Below are positions 37,230 to 38,879 of a DNA stretch of 38,879 nucleotides, piece after piece. Source of the DNA: Octopus bimaculoides. Lineage: Eukaryota. The notes beneath the pieces are model-generated. The model saw nothing but the letters and a program-made list of their open reading frames with translations. It searched no databases and was not told the DNA's origin. The stretch's first letter is position 1. Each line of letters opens with the position of its first letter. Both the position numbers and the translations under genes were made by a program. The DNA lies in contig NC_068982.1 of NCBI RefSeq assembly GCF_001194135.2, positions 161,184,473 through 161,223,351 on the forward strand. The letters run 5' to 3'.

Positions 37230-37650
37230 ATATACAAATGGTGCGTTGTATTCATGACCAAAACACTTCGTCTTACGTTTGCTCTGTGATCACTTCGACA
37301 TCGGATGTGTGACACACCGTACATCTGTACAGGCAATGTCGATTTGATGAAGGAAGTGAGCTGTTGTGCAGCACAAACATTTAATCATTACAAACAAATA
37401 ATTTGTACAAGTTGTTCATCACGAAATTGAAGACCCCTCGTCTTTTGTCTACAACAGGGAATTCCGCGATATATATACGCATACAAACATGACTCCTATT
37501 GAAACAGAAACACTTGTCTACTGCTGCCCTCTTATCTCTAGACAATAAGCGTGTCCTTCTCCTTAGTAGCATGTCAACTTTGAAGAAATCTTAATTCTTG
37601 AGATTATCTCTCCTTCCCATATGGAGCTGGTCCCAATTTGGTAACTATGA
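37230..37650 (-). mobile_element. Possible highly decayed piggyBac transposase remnant
   Basis: Minus fragments AAVDK...GVFNFVMNNLYKLF (compare MGxVD...FFxxxDxxxxNSYxLY) and RHCLYRCTVCH...RKTKCF (C-terminal Cys-rich domain-like), across frameshifts. Confidence 0.35.
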
Positions 37651-37727
37651 CACATCTTCTAGAGGCAGATATAATTTTAATACATCACGAGTTTATATTG
37701 TATAAAATATGATATACCTAAGCTAGA

Positions 37728-37928
37728 TGAAACGTTAGCACGCTGGGCGAAATGCATAGCGGTATTTCGCCTGTTTTTACGTTCTGAGTTCAAATTCCAC
37801 CCAGTGCGACTTTGCATTTCATCCTTTTGGGTCGATAAAATAAGTACCAGTTGCATACTGGAGTCGATCTAATCGACTGGCTCCCTCCCTCAAAATTTCG
37901 GGCCTTATGCCTAGAGTAGAAAAGAATA
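37728..37928 (+). mobile_element. SINE (same family as 15830-16045)
   Basis: aaacgttagcacgctgggcgaaatgc...gagttcaaattcc...gcctagagtagaaaagaat. Confidence 0.85.
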
Positions 37929-37929
37929 T

Positions 37930-38230
37930 ATGATATACCTGTAATTGTCATGTATGTGTGTGTGTCTCTGTGTGTGTACATGTGTGTGTACATGTATTTA
38001 TATGGATGTATATACATATACATATATATATATACACATATACATATACATGTATATTCATATCGATGTATATGCATGTATGTGTATATATATGTGTATA
38101 TGCATATACACATATATATGCATGAATAGAATGCATGCATGTATTCGTTTATCTAAATATGTATGTATATTTGTGTGTACGCATGTATGTATGCATGCAT
38201 GTATGTATGTATGTGTGTTGCGTACGGGCT
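37930..38230. repeat. Degenerate (TA/TG/CA) microsatellite field
   Basis: Low-complexity sequence; source of several spurious ORFs. Confidence 0.9.
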
Positions 38231-38879
38231 TGTGTACATCTATTTGATAAATATATTGTAAATAAGGTCGGACCAAACCTGACCATGCTTACATTATTTC
38301 TATGGTATTGATCACTATATTCTCTCAGTATACAAAGAAATGCAATCGAATCCCGGTGATGGATTTAATCATAGCCAAACCTAATCAATTAAATTATTCG
38401 TTTTTTATTTTCTGTCTGCTGAGAGCCTTTTGTTTTACGCGGAGTCGATTTTCGCAGAAAGGCTGAAATATATTTAATAAACGTATGATTGTAACCTTGT
38501 TTACAATTTGTATGAGCATATATATATATATATATGTGTGTGTATAAATGCATTTATGTATATACATGCAAGTATTTATGTATAACATGCCACGGCTCAG
38601 CTGAAACTAATAAAAGAGTAAGAGAGTATGGACGTATATATATGTGTGTATGTATGCGTTTATGTATGTGTGTATATATATATATATGTATGATTATAAA
38701 ACTATGTATATGTGTTTATGTCTATGTTTTATGTGTACATGTGCTTATTCGTTTATTATATTAAGCATGCAAAGGTTTTTCAACACTTCTCTAACAGAAT
38801 AGGCTCTCTCAGTCACAGACCACATAAATTGGCAATACGCTTCTCTTTTTTTTTTCCTGTTCTATTTCCATATATATTT

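Overview
Eukaryotic draft-assembly window: AT-rich, dense in microsatellites, with eight N gaps. The repeat content looks like an octopus or other coleoid cephalopod genome (inference from recalled repeat families). It holds one well-supported protein-coding gene, a four-exon fatty-acid-binding-protein (FABP/iLBP) family gene on the minus strand. Exons: 27324-27243, 15325-15147, 11120-11010, 3309-3259; CDS 423 nt, 140 aa; canonical GT-AG sites and the family's 1-0-0 intron phases. The ORF track shows only exon 1; I spliced the rest by hand: MSIDLFRGKWKQGEELPENFEAFMDATGVYKDKRDQVSKIRFITDFDNDGDKWVCKISVEGMPEPKVYIYKFNEAYSSTDLMGTTFTCVVTKVADNKIQETITEWSDSEVITTREVQDDGTMTVVTSCKGVSFSSKFTKV. The rest is intronic or intergenic: tRNA-derived SINEs, decayed LINEs (R4/Dong-like, CR1/Jockey-like, RTE), Tc1/mariner derivatives, a mini-MITE and simple repeats. 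The leads most worth following are (1) a head-to-head dimer of a tRNA-headed repeat carrying a Penelope-type minimal hammerhead ribozyme motif in intron 3, (2) loss of the Arg-x-Tyr carboxylate clamp in the FABP, (3) a second hammerhead core in intron 1, (4) an 86-nt near-perfect hairpin upstream of the gene, and (5) a perfect inverted duplication that may be an assembly artefact. I cannot verify novelty without database searches. Most other ORFs in the track are microsatellite or gap artefacts.
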